Shown piece by piece: positions 62,401 to 64,000 of a DNA stretch of 64,000 nucleotides. Made by a program: the position numbers and the translations under genes. Within the stretch, counting starts at the first letter, position 1; each line of letters starts with the position of its first letter. Below the pieces are notes generated by a model. That model was not told where the DNA came from. It saw only the letters and a list, made by a program, of their open reading frames with translations, and ran no database searches. The stretch is from Aplysia californica (Eukaryota). Location: NCBI RefSeq assembly GCF_000002075.1, contig NW_004797368.1:1017240-1081239 (forward strand). The letters are read 5' to 3'.

Positions 62401-63983
62401 CCCTTCTCATCATTCTCAAAATCATTACTGATAACAACACTTGTTGCCAATCTCCTGACATTTTTAAGTATTCGATATTTCATGTGACATCTCCATCTTG
62501 TCTAGATAACAAGTTACCAGGGTTTATGCAACACAGAGCAATAATTTGTCTTGAAAAAATAAGGAACTATCCACGCCTGCAACTACAGGTGGATTATTTT
62601 GAGCCTTCGTGTGCATTAACATCATGACGAAATTGTGTTTATGTGTGTCTTCACTTTCCACAACACAAGCTGACTCACAAAGCCCACTAGTTCTATCTAA
62701 GACCAGCGTCTGTGGTGTAGTGGTAAGGTGCTTCGCTGTCGCACATAGGAGACCTGAGTTTGATTCCTGGGGAGAAATGTTTTATCCAAAATCTCGGTCT
62801 TTCTGCCAGGATGCTTCTTCTATCTCAGCCACAGTTGGCCCTTGAAGGCAGGATCGGACGCCAACATCCTAAATGATCTAAATTGTGTCCATGGAGGCAC
62901 AAAAACACCTACATTTTTAAAAAAAAGGTTATATCTCTGCCCATACCTGGCACAACAATGCTGGAGAAACCCCAGCTATGGCCCAAGCCCAGCACGTCCT
63001 CGTAGGGGCAGAAGGCCACGTCTGTGATGAGTCTCTCGCACCGGTGGTAGAGGTACGGCTTCTCCGGCCGCTCCGACAGTGTGGCCATGTCTCGGTACAA
63101 CTGAGGGCACAATGGGAAAAACCAAGAAAAAAGTATGAGAGACATGCTGCTATTTGAATTGAAGACTCGGTGGCTAACAAAATTACTTTTTTTTGTAGCA
63201 AATGGAAACAAATTGATGTTTCCTTTAGGGATAAATTAATTTTTCAATATTGGGGAAAAATGGTGGGAGTGGAAAGGGAAATCAAATTCATAACAATATG
63301 TATCCTTTTGGGAGAAAATGCAGAACAGTACAACTTACAGCAAGGAAAACCTCCATGGCTGGTCACAAGACAAAATAACTAAAAAGGCCTAGTTTGTATT
63401 GAGTACTTAGTTAATCAGTGCCAGCCAAACAACAACCAAAAAAAAAAGAAAAAAAGATGGTGATGGATTGGACACACACTTAGGAAGCCAGCTCAAAATC
63501 TGACAAGACAAACCCAAAGATGGAATTCCCAAAGGGAGGAGGAAGAGAGGAAGACCAAGATCCTTCCGGAAGCCACACCTGGAGGCAGCTCTCAGACATA
63601 TGGGACACAGCTAGCTGGAGGTGGAGAAGATCATCCAGAACAGAGACAGGTGGAAAGTTCTTCTTAGTGGCCTATACCCAATACCAGGATGAAAGAGGCG
63701 AATGATGATGATGAGTTAATAGAGGACATAATAGAAAGTCCTGACCTCCACTGGCCTATATCAGAATAAAAGAGGCAGACGACGATGAGTTAATTGTTAA
63801 AGTACACAATAGCAAGCCTTTACCTCCACTACGTTATCCCGACTGACGGCCAGGAGACCCTTCTGACTGAAGTCCAGCAGGCCCGGGCACTGTTTCCTAT
63901 TGTACTGGTAGCGACTCAGCTCTCGGTACATGCGCAGGTCAAACACCTTCAGACGTCTGTCCATGCTTGTGGTGGCCATGAAC
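59416..63983 (-). CDS. WDR46: WD repeat-containing protein 46 (UTP7/BING4), last five exons; the 5' part lies beyond the window
   Basis: Exons (minus): 63824-63983 ([19 protein letters not shown]...[12 protein letters not shown]), 62947-63100 (...[22 protein letters not shown]), 62078-62172 ([32 protein letters not shown]), 61178-61270 (VHPEMITLD...), 59416-59646 (...[11 protein letters not shown]). BING4CT domain signature and C-terminal SALDRF motif. Confidence 0.95.
60094..61088. mobile_element. TIR element in the last WDR46 intron
   Basis: TAGACCTGCATGT and ACATGCAGGTCTA ends with a TATATT direct repeat on both sides, and internal GCCGAC/GTCGGC repeats. Confidence 0.55.
62700..62912 (+). 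mobile_element. Second tRNA-derived SINE family
   Basis: TGTGGTGTAGTGGTAAGG...GGAGACCTGAGTTTGATTCC head. Related copy at about 48278-48490 and tail fragment at about 62285-62368. Confidence 0.6.
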
Positions 63984-64000
63984 CTGTGCACAGACAGGAC

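Overview
Eukaryotic, intron-rich invertebrate genomic DNA with five assembly gaps; the repeat repertoire suggests a mollusc, probably a gastropod (inference). It holds three recognisable genes: complete RPS18 (minus strand, 5 exons, 152 aa, 5'TOP start), complete VPS52 (plus strand, 19 exons, about 702 aa) head-to-head with RPS18 across about 400 bp, and the last five exons of WDR46/UTP7 (minus strand) tail-to-tail with VPS52. These three genes are close neighbours in the vertebrate extended class II MHC. Main observations: two copies of an H/ACA snoRNA-like RNA in one RPS18 intron; two minor-spliceosome (U12) introns in VPS52, one apparently with rare AT-AA ends; a 34-bp tandem array built from a VPS52 splice acceptor, where only the last of ten AGs keeps the frame; and two in-frame candidate cassette exons in the longest VPS52 intron. 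The rest is dense in transposon relics (mariner, Ginger-like with Ulp1/PHD remnants, Sola-like, MITEs, SINEs). All calls were made by eye; no searches were run.
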